Shown here: piece by piece, positions 63,431 through 64,000 of the stretch
Numbering within the stretch: the stretch's first letter is position 1
Layout of the letters: each line of letters starts with the position of its first letter
NCBI GenBank assembly: GCA_963664225.1
Contig: OY760937.1
Coordinates: 5,536,001-5,600,000, forward strand
Origin: Verrucomicrobiia bacterium
Lineage (GTDB): Bacteria; Verrucomicrobiota; Verrucomicrobiia; Limisphaerales; UBA1319
Length of the DNA: 64,000 nt
Direction of reading: 5' to 3'
Program-made: the position numbers and the translations under genes
Notes under the pieces: model-generated
Told to the model about the DNA's origin: nothing
Databases searched by the model: none
The model's input: only the letters and a program-made list of their open reading frames with translations

Positions 63431-64000
63431 TTACGGGGCGGTTCCGCTGCAACGCTGAACAGCCGCAGCCGCTTTTGTTGCGGCTTCGGATTGGTTCAAG
63501 GATTGCCACAAATGCAGACTTGCCTGCCAATGCTCCAGCGCCCTGGAAGTATTGCCCGCAGATTCGATCAGGGCCGCGCAGGATTCATGCGCTCTTGCGA
63601 GATCCGCTTGTTCCGCGGTGACGGGTTTGTTGAGTTTCTTGAGGCAATCGATCAGCGAATCCAGAGCGCGGCATTGTTCGAAAGGTTTGTGCGCCAGGGC
63701 AAAATTCGCAGAGGCCCGCCTTAAGAGTTTTTCGGCGGAATTCAGGTCGTTGCCTTGTTTCAGAAAAGTTTCTCCCTGACCTTCCAGGCAGCGCGCAATG
63801 CCGTTCATTTCACCCAGAGTCTCGTATGTATTTAAGGCCTTTCCCCAGGCTTGAAAAGAGGCGGTCCAGTTGGATTGGGCCAGGAACAGCCGGGCAATAT
63901 TTTCAGCCACGGCGGCCTGACCGGTCTGGTGTTGGATTGTCGCGAACGCCAGATCGGCGCGTTGAAGGGCATTGGAGGCGTGGGTGAAATCACCTTGTTG
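63431..64000 (-). CDS. Tetratricopeptide-repeat-like protein (5' truncated by window edge)
   Basis: Frame is open to the window end; helical Ala/Leu repeats (AWGKALNTYETLGE..GIARCLEGQG; ALEHWQASLHLWQSL). Confidence 0.65.
   Translation of the reverse strand, partial: QQGDFTHASNALQRADLAFATIQHQTGQAAVAENIARLFLAQSNWTASFQAWGKALNTYETLGEMNGIARCLEGQGETFLKQGNDLNSAEKLLRRASANFALAHKPFEQCRALDSLIDCLKKLNKPVTAEQADLARAHESCAALIESAGNTSRALEHWQASLHLWQSLNQSEAATKAAAAVQRCSGTAP

Overview
GC-rich bacterial chromosomal window. It is probably Verrucomicrobiota (Pedosphaerales/Limisphaerales-like), inferred from protein style and a C-terminal 'YxIQxS...W...FYR' motif. (1) <1-1542: end of a GH95-like/DUF5703 glycosidase. 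(2) 1814-28728: four-gene secreted-protein cluster. It contains a ~6,860-aa giant surface protein (Ig-PPC-PPC scaffold x5 with inserted C-type lectin, three 7-bladed FG-GAP propellers and three LamG domains, then CARDB, FN3, beta-helix and Ig domains) ending in a non-canonical Hint domain with only a short tail. It is followed by a translationally coupled ~1,340-aa partner, a secreted tandem rhodanese and a secreted FN3/cohesin-like protein. (3) HAD-Nudix fusion, folB, tilS, two inserted genes, ftsH flanked by degenerate repeats, tRNA-Arg(CCG). (4) nuoABCDIHJKLMMN: a complex I-like cluster lacking nuoEFG, with two NuoM, a 26-aa extension of the NuoL lateral helix and an apparent lysine relocation in the second NuoM. 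(5) tRNA-Lys(TTT), a ~340-nt highly structured intergenic element with a terminator, then nadC-birA-coaX. (6) Minus-strand TetR-OMF-MFP-RND efflux cassette, a DUF1080/Cache-like secreted protein, priA and a partial TPR gene. No CRISPR array, transposase, integrase or rRNA was seen. All domain calls come from reading motifs by eye, not from database searches.
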